NCBI RefSeq assembly: GCF_001194135.2
Contig: NC_068997.1
Location: 13,725,392-13,789,391, forward strand
DNA from: Octopus bimaculoides
Taxonomy: Eukaryota
Reading direction: 5' to 3'
Length of the DNA stretch: 64,000 nt
Made by a program: the position numbers and the translations under genes. This document shows positions 13,103 to 25,313 of the stretch, one piece after another. Each line of letters opens with the position of its first letter. Position 1 is the stretch's first letter. Below the pieces are notes generated by a model, which was given only the letters and a program-made list of their open reading frames with translations, had not been told where the DNA came from and did no database searches.

Positions 13103-14152
13103 TTTGCACACAAATGTACTTGTGTGTGGCACTTGAGTTTATAGTAATAGATATACGATTACCCACACAAACACACGCAAAATGTTCAGTGAATTCATTT
13201 ATATTGCATGTTTATGTGAGTTTGTATGTGTAAAACGCGTGTGCGTGTAAGAACGAGAAAGACGGCGTGAAATATATATATATATGTATGTACGGATGCA
13301 TATATATATGTATATATATACACACACACACACATGTGTGTGTATATATATATATGTATATATATATATGTATCTTGAGAGAGAGAAAGTGTGTAGGGAG
13401 ACCACGAGAAAGAAATTTGATGAGTGTCTTACAGTAAAGGAGAAGAATGAGGTAGAGTATGGCAGAAATTCTAAGTGAGATAGATATTGAAATTGAGAGG
13501 AGGGGGGTGTGGCTTTCTTGGTGCAGTTGGAANNNNNNNNNNNNNNNNNNNNNNNNNNNNNNNNNNNNNNNNNNNNNNNNNNNNNNNNNNNNNNNNNNNN
13601 NNNNNNNNNNNNNNNNNNNNNNNNNNNNNNNNNNNNNNNNNNNNNNNNNNNNNNNNNNNNNNNNNNNNNNNNNNNNNNNNNNNNNNNNNNNNNNNNNNNN
13701 NNNNNNNNNNNNNNNNNNNNNNNNNNNNNNNNNNNNNNNNNNNNNNNNNNNNNNNNNNNNNNNNNNNNNNNNNNNNNNNNNNNNNNNNNNNNNNNNNNNN
13801 NNNNNNNNNNNNNNNNNNNNNNNNNNNNNNNNNNNNNNNNNNNNNNNNNNNNNNNNNNNNNNNNNNNNNNNNNNNNNNNNNNNNNNNNNNNNNNNNNNNN
13901 NNNNNNNNNNNNNNNNNNNNNNNNNNNNNNNNNNNNNNNNNNNNNNNNNNNNNNNNNNNNNNNNNNNNNNNNNNNNNNNNNNNNNNNNNNNNNNNNNNNN
14001 NNNNNNNNNNNNNNNNNNNNNNNNNNNNNNNNNNNNNNNNNNNNNNNNNNNNNNNNNNNNNNNNNNNNNNNNNNNNNNNNNNNNNNNNNNNNNNNNNNNN
14101 NNNNNNNNNNNNNNNNNNNNNNNNNNNNNNNNNNNNNNNNNNNNNNNNNNNN

Positions 14153-14201
<49 letters not shown>

Positions 14202-14582
14202 ATATGTATAATCGTGTGTTGTGTTTGTTCGTAAGAACGCTTTCAATACTCAATACTTGAAGAAATAAAGTGTGTTATATTCTTTTATTCGTTACCAGTT
14301 TACAGAGATAATCATTAGTTTTGAACAAAATCAACTAGGATCGAAACAGAATTGACTTTGTAATCTAATCACCTATAACATTATATATATATGTCTGTGT
14401 GCATATATATGTGAGAATAGAAAGAGTGTGAGAGAAAGAGAGAGAGAGTGAGAGAAAGAGAGAGAGAAAGAAAGTGTTCGTTAGATGATATAGTATTACA
14501 AGTTTCATGCCCAGTTCAAACGAAGCAATCTTCAGACAATAAAGACAATTGCTTTCAGTTAAAATTCAGGACAAGTCTGAAT

Positions 14583-14620
<38 letters not shown>

Positions 14621-14828
14621 TTTTGTTAAATGTATGCTGTTTTTGAATACGTTGTAAAGGGCAAATTTTAATTTTATCAGAAGTACGCTAGTTTCCTTTC
14701 TATATTTAGAGAAGTATGGGGCGTAACAAATATTTAATATTTATGTGTCTGTATGTGTTTGTCTAACAGTAATAAAGAGCATAAACCTATGCAACATTTC
14801 ATTTATAGAAATTATAGTATTCATCATA

Positions 14829-14992
14829 CAGACGCAGGAGTGGCTGTGTGGTAAGAAGCCTGCTTCCCGATCACATGGTTCCGGGTTCAGTCCCACTGCG
14901 TAGCACCTTGGTCAAGTGTCTTCCACTATAGCCTCGGGCCAACCAAAGCCTTGTGAGTGGAATCGGTAGACGGAAACTGAAAGAAGCACCGT

Positions 14993-15057
<65 letters not shown>

Positions 15058-15240
15058 CTGTTTTGTCCTCCCACCATTGTTTGACGACCGATGTTGGTGT
15101 GTTTACGTCCCCGTAACTTAGTGGTTCTGCAAAAGAAACTGATAGAATTAGTACTAGGCTAACAAAAAGTAAGTCCTGGGATCGATGCTCCAGCATGGCC
15201 GCAGTCAAAATGACTGAAACAAGTAAAAGAATAAAAGAAC
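14829..15240 (+). mobile_element. S2 SINE, near full length
   Basis: gacgcaggagtggctgtgtggtaag, box B ggttcagtccc, accttggtcaagtgtct, internal (TA)n(TG)n, tail aagtaaaagaataaaag. Confidence 0.9.
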
Positions 15241-15369
15241 ATGCATATTTTTCCATATTCTACGCCCAAAATAAGTTCCATTCTGCTTTCAGTTTCAAAA
15301 ATCTTGCCAGTTTTGTGTTTGATTTTTTGCACTAAATATACCCTAATCGAATAGAACTAGGGTGAACAG

Positions 15370-15510
15370 GATTCTAGTTGTGACCACTCTGTCTGTTCTT
15401 TTCTGAGTTAATGTGCCTAAGGTAGAGTTATCAAATGTCTCCTTCCTATTTTATAGAAAGGCAGGGATTAATTTAAGTGAACTATAGCTGTTATTTCTAG
15501 CACAGCAATG
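15370..15510 (-). repeat. R repeat copy
   Basis: aaggcagggattaatttaagtgaactatagctgttatttctagca is the reverse complement of the gctagaaatagcagccaaat motif. Confidence 0.5.
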
Positions 15511-15725
15511 ATCGTGCATAACATTTCATTGGATCGTATTAGCTACGTTGATTTTGAGTCTGCTAACGTTTCTGCCATCTCACCGCCTTCTAAAGGAACA
15601 ATATTCTCATACAGTAATGTATTAAGTGACTGTTTCATGGAGTCATTATTAATTAATAATCTAGTTTATAGTATAGTCATTAAAATATTAGTTAATGCAG
15701 TAGTAACTTTTCTACCACTTGATAC

Positions 15726-16240
15726 TGGTTTCAAATTTTAGCACAAAGCTAGCAATTTCGAGAAGTGAGTAAGTCGATTTCATTGACTCCGTGCTCAACT
15801 GGTAGTTATTTTCATCGATTCCGAAAGGATGAAAGGTAAAGTCGACCTTTGTGGAATTTGAACTCAGAACTTAACGACAAACACAAAATACCGCTAAGTA
15901 TTTTTCCCGATATGTTAACGATTCTTTTCTACTTTAGGCACAAGGCCCAAAATTTTTGAGAAGGGGGGCAGTCGATTAGATCGAACCCAGTACGCAACTG
16001 GTAATTAATTTATCGATGAAAGGTAAAGTCGACCTCGGTGGAATTTGAACTCAGAACATAAAGACAGACGAAATACCGCTAAGCATGCAGCCCGCGAGCC
16101 TCAGGTTGGCCAGCCCTGCTCTAGATCCTAATACTTGTATTATATCTAACTGGCCCCAAAGGGATGAAAGCGCAATTGACCTCGGATAGATTTGAGCTCA
16201 GTAAGTATGCAGCTGGAAAAAATAGCACAAAGCCTTTCAA
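15726..16240 (-). mobile_element. Three tandem S1 SINE copies (15726-15925, 15926-16086, ~16148-16240)
   Basis: Three successive aaag(t/c)..gacct..ggaatttgaactcag modules with S1 tails. Confidence 0.85.
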
Positions 16241-16354
16241 CTAACGTACAAATAATTACCATTCTTAATCTTGTCAATTGTAATGCTGATAAGAGCATTA
16301 GAATAATGGCGTTGTTAAAACGCCTGAAAAGATGCTTCATAGTTTCGACACTTT

Positions 16355-16503
16355 AACACTTTGAATTCAAAATCCGATATGGTCAACCTTACCTTTCATC
16401 CCTCTGGAATTGATAAAATCAAGTACCAGTCAAGTGCTGGGATTGATGGCATCGACTTACCTTTTCTCTTACAATTGATGGTCATCTGCTTAAATTGGAA
16501 GCA
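16355..16503 (+). mobile_element. Degenerate S1 SINE
   Basis: ttgaattcaaaatccgatatggtcaaccttacctttcatcc..gataaaatcaagtaccagtc..gggattgatggcatcgact. Confidence 0.7.
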
Positions 16504-16656
16504 ATTATGATGTTAGTTAATGCTATAATTAATCATAATCTAGTTGATGTCATTGCAATTATAATGCTGATTAATTCCATATTAATTGTAATTCTAGTTA
16601 ATACCATGATTAATAATTATCTGGTTAATATTGGTTTATTGTAACACTTATCATTA

Positions 16657-16800
16657 ACGCGGTGAGCTGGCAAAATGCGTTAACCTTCCGGATAAAAATG
16701 ATTAGCGGCATTTTGTCCGTTCTGAGTTCAGATTCCGGTGAGTCGATTATCCCCCTCCTCCAAAATTTCAGATCTTGTGCCTATAGCAGAAAGGATTATC
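16657..16800 (+). mobile_element. S1 SINE with an internal deletion
   Basis: Head and box B join directly to the tail at gtcga; central segment missing. Confidence 0.75.
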
Positions 16801-17343
16801 ATACTAATCGTTAGATACTTTTATGTTTGTGCTAAGCTGAAAATATATTTCTTTATTTAATCATCGTTAGTCGACGCCATTGAGGTTACTTAGAGTACCA
16901 TGATTGTGTCGCTATCGTTTAAGTAAAGCGATGTAAAACATCACTGGACTTCACGGGATAACCTGGCATCAGAAGCTACAGACTTTGTTTCCATTTGCAC
17001 AAAGTGCGACCTCGAATCTTCGGACGAAGGAATAACGATGTCCCATTCAGTTTGACTCAAAAAGTGTTTTACACCGTACAGAACTTTTATTAATATCTAT
17101 TATGTATGTTTTCATAGTTGCTGTTATTTACCCCCAGATCTATTCCGATTCATCCGGCCTCCATAATCAATAGCTTCCTAGTCGTTTTGGCAAAAGGAAC
17201 ATCACATAACATTATCATAGATACACTGCTTTGGAAACGACGAATTACACTGAGCAACAAATTTCAGGGTCAAGAAAATAACATAGTTCTCATGTGTATT
17301 TTCTTCATGAAGCTGATTGTGCTAAATTCGAATTTTATATAGG

Positions 17344-17496
17344 ACGGGCTTCTTTCAGTTTCCCTCTACCAAATCCACTCACAAAGCTTTGGTCGGGCCG
17401 AGCCTATAGTAGACACTTGCCCAAGGTGCCACGGAGTGGGAATGAACCCGGAACCATGTGGTTGGAAAGCAAGCTACTTACCACGCAGTCACGCCT
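17344..17496 (-). mobile_element. S2 SINE 5' half
   Basis: Reverse complement of the S2 head and CORE-like segment (cacttgcccaaggtgcc, gaacccggaaccatgtggttgg). Confidence 0.85.
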
Positions 17497-17793
17497 ATAT
17501 ATTAATATCTACTACAGATTATAGTCAGTTTAATTCACCGTAATTCACTATTGAAGACAGAAAAACTTCAATCTAATCTAATAACAACTGGAATCATATG
17601 AATCACTTTACTCAAGAAACCACAGGTATCAACCTACGCATCTATCTATCTATCTATTTATCTATCTATTTATCAAACTGATTGTCTGTCTGATAGTCTG
17701 TCTATCTATCTATCAAACTGTCTGTCTGTCTGTGTTTGTGTATTCGTGTGTGTATGTGTGTTCTATCCTGGTACTTCAAAAAAGAAAAAAAAT

Positions 17794-18140
17794 TACAATC
17801 AGCGATGGAGTTGCCGTGGGCTCTCCCGTTAACCCGCTATTCAGAAATTTTATATGAGTATGACCTGCAAATCACAAACCTTCCGTATACATTGACAAGC
17901 GAAACTTTAGGATCATACATAAGTAGTCTTTATAGAAACCCTCACAACACTATAAGTGACACCTTGTCATATTCGCTTCAAGCCTCGACACACAAAAACA
18001 GTTCATAGGGAATGCATTAAAACATTTCTGCTAATGCCATATAATAGCCAATCAGATGCAGGCTAGCGCAAATGTAAAGTAGAAGATATACAACAAATAT
18101 CATTTTATGGCTGGACATCCTAAAGATGAGGTCAGATGAC
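17794..18140 (+). pseudogene. Penelope-like element reverse transcriptase relic
   Basis: Frameshifted translation DGVAVGSPVNPLF(A)NF, like PLE RT motif B (DGVAMGSPLGP.LANF); HKPSVYID; SSLYRNPHNT (like TSVYRKPTNT); GHP (like NGYP). Confidence 0.55.
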
Positions 18141-19074
18141 CTTAAAATATCGATAATATAGACTTTGGAAAATCCCATACGTAACCAATAACAACAAAAT
18201 CTCTAAAGGAAATGTGATGAATTAAATAGAATAGAGGACAAAAACGAAAACGAAAACGGAGCAAAATTGTTGAACGACACATGATCTATTAAGTGTATAT
18301 ATGTACAAGTGTGTGTGTGTGCATGCATACATACATGTATATATACATACATATATATATATATACACATATATATATATACATACATACAATGTATGTA
18401 TGAGAATGAGTATATAGGTATGTATTCGAGTGTGCGATAAAAATACACACACACGCGTTTAGTCGCGTGTGTAAGTTTTTAGACACACATGCAAGTGCGT
18501 GAGTCTATTTATATATAATATATATATAGGTGTATTTATTTATATATAGCTATGAATAGGTGTATATATAAATGTGATGCACGTAGGCATTTATGTATAC
18601 GCTCGTGTGTATATGCATATATATGTATATGTATATATATGCATATATGTATACATAAGTATATATATATGCANNNNNNNNNNTATATATGTATATATAT
18701 ATTTGTGTATATATATGTATATATATATTTGTATATATATATATATGTATATGTATGCTTATATATATGTGTATATATATATGTGTATATATATATTGTG
18801 TATATATATATGTATATATATATATGTATTTTCGTAGATACTTGTGGCACAGGTTCACTCATACGCATTACGCATAGATGCATGTATGCACACTCCTCCA
18901 TTCCAAGGAGAATACGAGGAAGAATCTTTGATTTAAGATATTTTAGAAATTACTCTTTGACAGAAACACACAATGACAGCATTGGGTTCGGTCAGGGAGT
19001 AAGTTGGCGCGGTGAAGGGTAAGGGTTAAAGTGAGGGAGTGTTTATAGCGAAATAGCAGGGGTTAGGATTGTGT

Positions 19075-19675
19075 CTAACAGAGAGAGTGAGAGATAGAGA
19101 GAGAGGGCCACAGAGAACAATATCGTAGAGAGAGAAGAGATGAAGAAAGATGCTGAAGGGAAACTATATATATATAAAGAGGGGAGGGGTAAGAGTTAGG
19201 TAGAGAGTGGATGATTGTGAGAGATTGGAGAGGTAAATAGGATGTAAGGTTGCGAAATGTAAAGTGAAAGGAAGAAAGAAACGAAAGAAGAAAACAAAGA
19301 GAGAATGATAAAAAGAAGAGGAAGAAGCAAAAACGAAAACGAAGAAGAAACGAAGAAGAATAATAAGGAAAGAGGAAGAAGACGAAGAAGAAAAAGAAGA
19401 TGAGAAGAAAAAAAGACGAAGAAAGCGAGAAGTCGAAGTAGAAACGAAAAAAAAGAAAAGAAGAAATAGAAGACGAAGAAGAAAAAGAAGCGATAATAGT
19501 GAGAGAATGAATGTGAAAAGTGAGAGAGAGAGAGAATATATATGATTGAGAGGGAGAGAGAGAGTAAGTGAAAATAAGAGATTGGGAGAAGGATAGATTG
19601 AAAACCAGAATAAAAATACGAGAGAGAGATCGTGGAAGATAAGAAGAGAGAGAATTGAGCGGTTGTAAAAGCAAT
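19075..19675. repeat. Polypurine (GAA/GA)n low-complexity tract
   Basis: Strong purine strand bias; the Phe/Ser/Leu-rich minus-strand ORFs are artefacts. Confidence 0.85.
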
Positions 19676-20235
19676 ACTCTGTGGGGTCTGGTGGCGTTGA
19701 GATGTGGTGTGGTGAGGCGTGGAAGTGGTGGTGTGTAGGTCTCTTATAAACATGGAGGCATAAAGAAACAGCAAAAAAAATACAATGTCGTAAGTGCGAA
19801 GCGGGATTGCGCGGTGTGGTGCACTGGGGTTTGGTAAAGGCGTTGTCGGGGTCAGGAGGTGTTGTAGTGTATTGTATTGTACGATATTGTGTTGTATGGT
19901 GTAGAGTGCTGTCGTGAAGTATAGTATAGGATGCCGAGGCGTTGGGTGGAGGTATATTGTAATGTGTGTAGCGAAGTGCAGTGTGCAAAGGGAGGTGTGC
20001 AAGGGGAGTTCAGTGTAGTGCTTTGGAGTGTCTTATGGTGATGCGTGTTATTACGTAGTCTAGTGTCGAGTGTGTCGTCTGCTATGTTGTAGTAAAGAAC
20101 GGTGAGATACTGTGTAATACGATGGAATATGTTCTGGCGGTGTTGTACGGTGAGGTGGAGTAGAGTGTGAATGTGCTGTGGTATTGTAGTGCGGTGTTGT
20201 GTTGTATTGTGTGGTTTGGATAGGACAGCGACTAA
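19676..20235. repeat. Degenerate G/T-rich pentamer-like satellite
   Basis: tgtag/tgtgg/tgttg/tattg units recurring over ~550 bp. Confidence 0.6.
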
Positions 20236-20699
20236 ATGGATAGGATGAGGATAGCAAAGTGGAAACGTACGGAGATGTGGTTATTGGGATGGAGCGGAGA
20301 CAGGCCAAACCACTTTTCTTCCGTTCTGCCACCTTTGTCTACCTTACACATCACTGATAATGGACTAAACAGATACACATTGTACTTAAATATATGTTTT
20401 AATGCAACTACAACAGCAACAACATCAAGAACAACTACAAAATCAATATTGAAAGAGGAAAGAGCAAATGTACACGAGAGTGTATATGTTCGTTTCTGTA
20501 TGTGCTGTATTTTTGTGTGAGTACTACATGTATACGTTGATGTGTGTGTGTGTGCGTTTAAATTTCTCAGCACATAACTGTTAGGCTGTGTGTGAATGCA
20601 ATTTTTAAATAAGTTAAGAGGAAGTTGAGAGGAAAGCAAGACAACGAATAGCAACCCTCATCACTATGGTCCCACATCCCACCCGTCCAAATTCGTAGG

Positions 20700-20990
20700 A
20701 ACTATGTAGCGTTTGAAATTCGATATGAACATCTGTAGTTCAAGACCTACATGGAGAGAAACATTTACAGAGGGTTGTGTATTCTGGACGGCTGCATCTC
20801 TCGACTAAGAATGATCGAGGAAGGAATTGAATGCGAATGGGGAGCCTGCGTTGAGAGTGTAACACTGACAAGATAAGAAAAAAAAAGCAAGGATGTGCCA
20901 TGGTGCTACAACTTAGCATCAAGTCTGACAGACTTATCATCGAAATATTCGAGCCGTGGTTATCTCGTTTCCTGGTCATATCTACGACAA
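20700..20990 (-). mobile_element. Highly degraded LINE ORF2 3' end (second fragment)
   Basis: Fragmentary PRLEY, FLPRS and LQMF.SN reads echo the C-terminal motifs of the adjacent LINE relic. Confidence 0.3.
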
Positions 20991-21084
20991 CATAATCGAT
21001 AGCTGGTTCTTTAAATTTATTTCTATTTGCTGAGTTATAGTCTCGAGGATGGAGCAGTGCTCATGTCCCTTGCAAGCCCTGTCA

Positions 21085-21555
21085 TTCCCGTAAGGTCGAT
21101 GCTATTAATTCTGTGTTTAAGCTGTTGCAATTCAGCATGTGTAGAAAATAGATGAACAGGGAAGAGATTACAAAAGGCCAATGTTCCGGAGAGAAAAGAA
21201 ACCGAGGTTAGTGCGGGGCTCAGAACTGGACGGAGCAAGAGAGACGAAAGATTCAGCGGCAAATGGATTGTGATCCTTAACTGGTGAAAGAGCAAGACCA
21301 CACCACCCTGAGGAGCAGAGTTCATTATAGTAGCGGTAGAAAAGAATAGAGAATCGGGACAGCATACCTATGAGACAGGAGCTCGAGAATATTAGATTAC
21401 CAGTCAGTTGAGTGGCCCTCCTCTGCACTCAGATATATTTGTCGTACGTTGCAGCAGTAAGATCGAGAATTTAGGTGGGGGCGCAGTTATCTATCGTGAG
21501 AGTCTGTAGGGTCTTGTAGAATGCAAGCTGTTGTTGGAGTCTGAACTAGCTTCTG
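21085..21555 (-). mobile_element. LINE (CR1/L2/Jockey-group) ORF2 C-terminal relic
   Basis: Frameshifted reads QLAFYKT..QRRATQLTG..ILFYRYYNELCSS..NLFPVHLF..LQQLKHRINSIDL match the post-RT C-terminal region of these LINEs. Confidence 0.75.
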
Positions 21556-22499
21556 ATATATATATAATGGGGGGAAAAGCTTTTTTTTTCTTTCTTTTAG
21601 GTATATAATAAATATATGCTAGTGTATCATTTTGGTCGAACTTCCGTCAATTTTTTTGCAGTTTGTTTGGTTTGATAAGGTTTCCTTATCTGTCATAAAC
21701 GTATCTACACCATCACTCTCTCATCCATAGGATAAAGGAATACTGGATCTGAAACTGCCTCTTCATAGTAAACAGAAACAATACAAATTTGTTTGACGTC
21801 ACTGCCAGAATTTCAATTTTTACTATTGTATTCGTACTTTATCATCTAGGGTGTATTTATGTTTGTGACTAGTGCGTGTTTTTTTTTTCAATATCATCTC
21901 AAATCGTCTATCGATCTGTGGAATCTGGTACAATAAAAATGTATGTCCTCCAATCCTTCCTTATCGACCTTTATGCTGTATGATGTTCTGCGTTGAAATT
22001 CCTCCGGATTTCAGATCTGTGGTATCAGCCATAATCAGCCAGTATTTTCAAGTACGAATCCTGGTTTCTTTTCCTAAAATCTTGTGCATAGATCGAAAGC
22101 TCCGTATATAATTTAGAAGAGTTTATTATTGATATATCATTTTTTTGCATGTATATATCTTTTTTCATATATTAGGACGTTATGCACATATTTTTTTTTA
22201 TATATGATGGTAATGTTTTATCAATTTTATTGTTATTGATGATTAACTATCATGAGATTCAATTATACATAATTACATGAAATTTATTTATTATATTGGT
22301 TCTTATTTAGTCTAAACTTTTGTCACATCGGTTAAATATATCAATTTAGCAAGAACGCAATGTTAATAGGCTTGTATTATTATTAGGTAGGTATTTCAAA
22401 CACTCTTGGACAAAATAAATATATTATGAACGACATCTTCGAACGTTCGAAACCAGCCAACGCGAGGAAAGATATTAATAATTAGTACTATTATTAGAA

Positions 22500-22745
22500 A
22501 AAAATGATAATGACACTGAATTAGATAAATATATAATGCAAATAGAGAAATTAAAGTGAGTCAAATCTAAAAGTGACAACAGCCATGTGTGAAAAGTTCA
22601 AAGAACATTACAATAGATTACCAGGTTAAAAGTTCAGCCAAAAAGGGAAAAAACAGAAAACCCCTCGAGGCTTCATAAAACTCACTAATGACTGTTTATA
22701 GACAATCGCCGTGGAATAGTGTCAATGGTTTTGTTCGTAGAAGTG
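22500..22745 (+). pseudogene. Possible PLE RT N-terminal relic
   Basis: One frame with stops: DKYIMQIEKL..KSDN..KVQRTL..PSRLHKTH**LFIDNRRGIVSMV, resembling the PLE KVQRTL / K.HK..RPIVS region. Confidence 0.35.
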
Positions 22746-23021
22746 CGAGGACATTTTAAACGCAATAAGAAATAATCGAAAGTGAATGTTATAGTGTTTA
22801 TGCGTTTTCAAATATCTAAAGTGAATGGCGAAAATGATTCTTCCAGAATGCGATCGATTCAATTTTAATACAGTTCCAAATCAAGTGTCTTGTGTGTGTG
22901 TATTCCAATACACACACACGCATAGTCATACATACATTTATACATATGTACGGATGCCCCGTGCATTCATTACATAGAACGGATACCAGTAAGAACGTAC
23001 GTTTAATATTATTTTATACGT

Positions 23022-23239
23022 TAAGGCAGCCTGCTAGCAGAATCGTTAGTTCGCTGGACAAAATGCCCACTGGCATTTCGTCCGTCTTTACGTTCTGAGC
23101 TCAAATTCTGCCGAGGCCGACTTTGCGTTTCATCCGTTCGGGGTCGATAAAATAAGTACCAGTTGATCAGTGAGGTCTATGTAATCGACTTCCTCCTTAC
23201 CTCGAAATTACTGGCCTTGTGCTAAAATTTGAAACCAAT
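23022..23239 (+). mobile_element. S1 SINE, full length
   Basis: Head gcagaatcgttag, box B gagctcaaattc, ggggtcgataaaataagtaccagttg, tail aaaatttgaaaccaata. Confidence 0.85.
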
Positions 23240-23908
23240 AGAATTCTGCACATTCATATGAGTGTATACAAACTATGGAACTACCAACACGACAAAATCT
23301 AACATTAGTTACGCTGTCAATGAGAGTAAAAAACAAAATGGAGAAAATACGTGGAATGAAGTGAAATACGGAATAAAAACTGAAATGATGAATTTTAAAG
23401 GAGAAAGATATTGTGTGCTTCTGTTTTGCAAAAACGTTGGTAGACGCTTTTTTTTTTTTATTTTGAGTGTGTTTTCGTGTAAAATATTTTAATGTTCTTT
23501 AAGCACTTGAGGACTGTCACGCAGTAGATTTTGTTATGTTTCAGAGCAAAGTGTTACATATATTCTTACTCAGCTCGTAGAAGTTGTTCGTTTTGTTTGC
23601 AAAGGCGAACATGCTCAGTAGGGAATTTATTCCGTTCAGATCCCTTCTACAGCTTCTGTTGGAAACTCCTGGCTTGATTTTCTGAATTTTAAGTGTCTTT
23701 TGTTTATTTGTGTGTATATGTGTGTTTGCGCGTGCGTTCGTGTGTGTGTGTGTTTAGAACAAATTCAAGTAGAATCTTGTTGTTTGTATTTGTTGCTGTG
23801 GAAGTTTATATTTTGTGAAAGAAAGCTTTCCATGTTACGTGTTTCAATGTGTGGTTTTATTATCGTATATTCCAATGAGAAACTTGGGGTATAAACTTAT
23901 CTTCCTGC

Positions 23909-24430
23909 GTGGCGAAACAATTCAGTCTCCTAATCAACAATTACTTCCGCAAAGATAACAAACTTCACATTTTATTCTTTTACAGTAACAATATAAAAAA
24001 AGCAGTCATTACGTAATCTCTTCTTTCAGAAAATCATAATGTAGTATAATAACTGAATCCTTCACAATAATAAAAAAATCCATAGCGAAAACATCTGTAA
24101 TTGATGAAAGCGTCTTTTTGATAACTGATGCGTACATGAGTAACTTCATCGCTTATCAGGCCGTTACAACTAAGAAACTCTAGTTCTGTAACTTACGTCT
24201 GTTTGCAGAAATCTCAGTTAACAACCGATTATACCACCACTTAAGCTCCTTCAAACAACATCACAAAGAAAATATTACACTGCTCTTGAGATGATTTGCA
24301 AAGAGTATGGCTCTACCGGAATTGCAAGGTCTATGTTATAAAGAGCTATCACCAAACAGTAATAGCTCAAAACGGTGTCAATTGTGTTTGACTGAGAAAT
24401 ATCACATCATATAACATCTAACGTGAAAAA
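23909..24430 (+). pseudogene. Penelope-like element relic: RT thumb/linker plus GIY-YIG endonuclease C-terminus
   Basis: Collinear motifs VAKQFSLLINNYFRKDNKLHILF, ILHNNKKI, CN**K, AYQAVTT, TYVCL, RLYHHLSSFK, SKRCQLCLTEKYHII, with stops and frameshifts. Confidence 0.75.
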
Positions 24431-25063
24431 TGATCGAAATCTGCATTATAAAGCTTATGGTTTTAATAAATAAATAACTATATATTCTTGACTGACATTA
24501 ACTAAAAGCAAACAAAAAAAGCTCTCGTAATCGTCTTACCAAAGACCAGAAACCTCCCCACTGTATCTTCATTCGCTTTTTAATGAAGACTGGGTCCAGA
24601 GATCTCTTCCTTTGCTGCATTTGATTACAATTTTTATCAAATCTAATGATAATTCACTTGACTTTACTTAATATATATTTACCCACTACATTAAATACTT
24701 TAACTCGCACTCACATATATATACATATATATATATNNNNNNNNNNNNNNNNNNNNNNNNNNNNNNNNNNNNNNNNNNNNNNNNNNNNNNNNNNNNNNNN
24801 NNNNNNNNNNNNNNNNNNNNNNNNNNNNNNNNNNNNNNNNNNNNNNNNNNNNNNNNNNNNNNNNNNNNNNNNNNNNNNNNNNNNNNNNNNNNNNNNNNNN
24901 NNNNNNNNNNNNNNNNNNNNNNNNNNNNNNNNNNNNNNNNNNNNNNNNNNNNNNNNNNNNNNNNNNNNNNNNNNNNNNNNNNNNNNNNNNNNNNNNNNNN
25001 NNNNNNNNNNNNNNNNNNNNNNNNNNNNNNNNNNNNNNNNNNNNNNNNNNNNNNNNNNNNNNN

Positions 25064-25313
25064 GGCGTGCTAACGTTTCTTATTTCTTTACTGCCCACAA
25101 GGGGCTAAACATAGAGGGGACAAACAAAGACAGACAAACGGATTAAGTCGATTATGTCGACCCCATTGCGTAAATGGTACTTATTTAATCGACCCCGAAA
25201 GGATGAAAGACAAAGTCGACCTCGGCGGAATTTGAACTCAGAACGTAACGGCAAATGAAATACCGCTACGCATTTCACTCGGCGTGCTAACGTTTCTGCC
25301 AGCTCGCCGCCTT
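25064..25313 (-). mobile_element. S1 SINE, tail type c, running into a repeat of its own head
   Basis: Well-preserved S1 body; ggcgtgctaacgtttct at both 25064-25080 and 25281-25297. Confidence 0.9.

Noticed and set aside
15400-15530. Minus-strand read CARNN..PFYK resembling the PLE EN end at 59.7 kb
   Set aside because: The DNA is the R repeat motif (gctagaaatagcagc), so the peptide similarity is coincidental
24096-24110. In-frame TGA at a Cys position (TGT AAT TGA TGA), suggesting a Naiad-type selenocysteine
   Set aside because: The relic has many other stops and frameshifts, and no SECIS element was recognised
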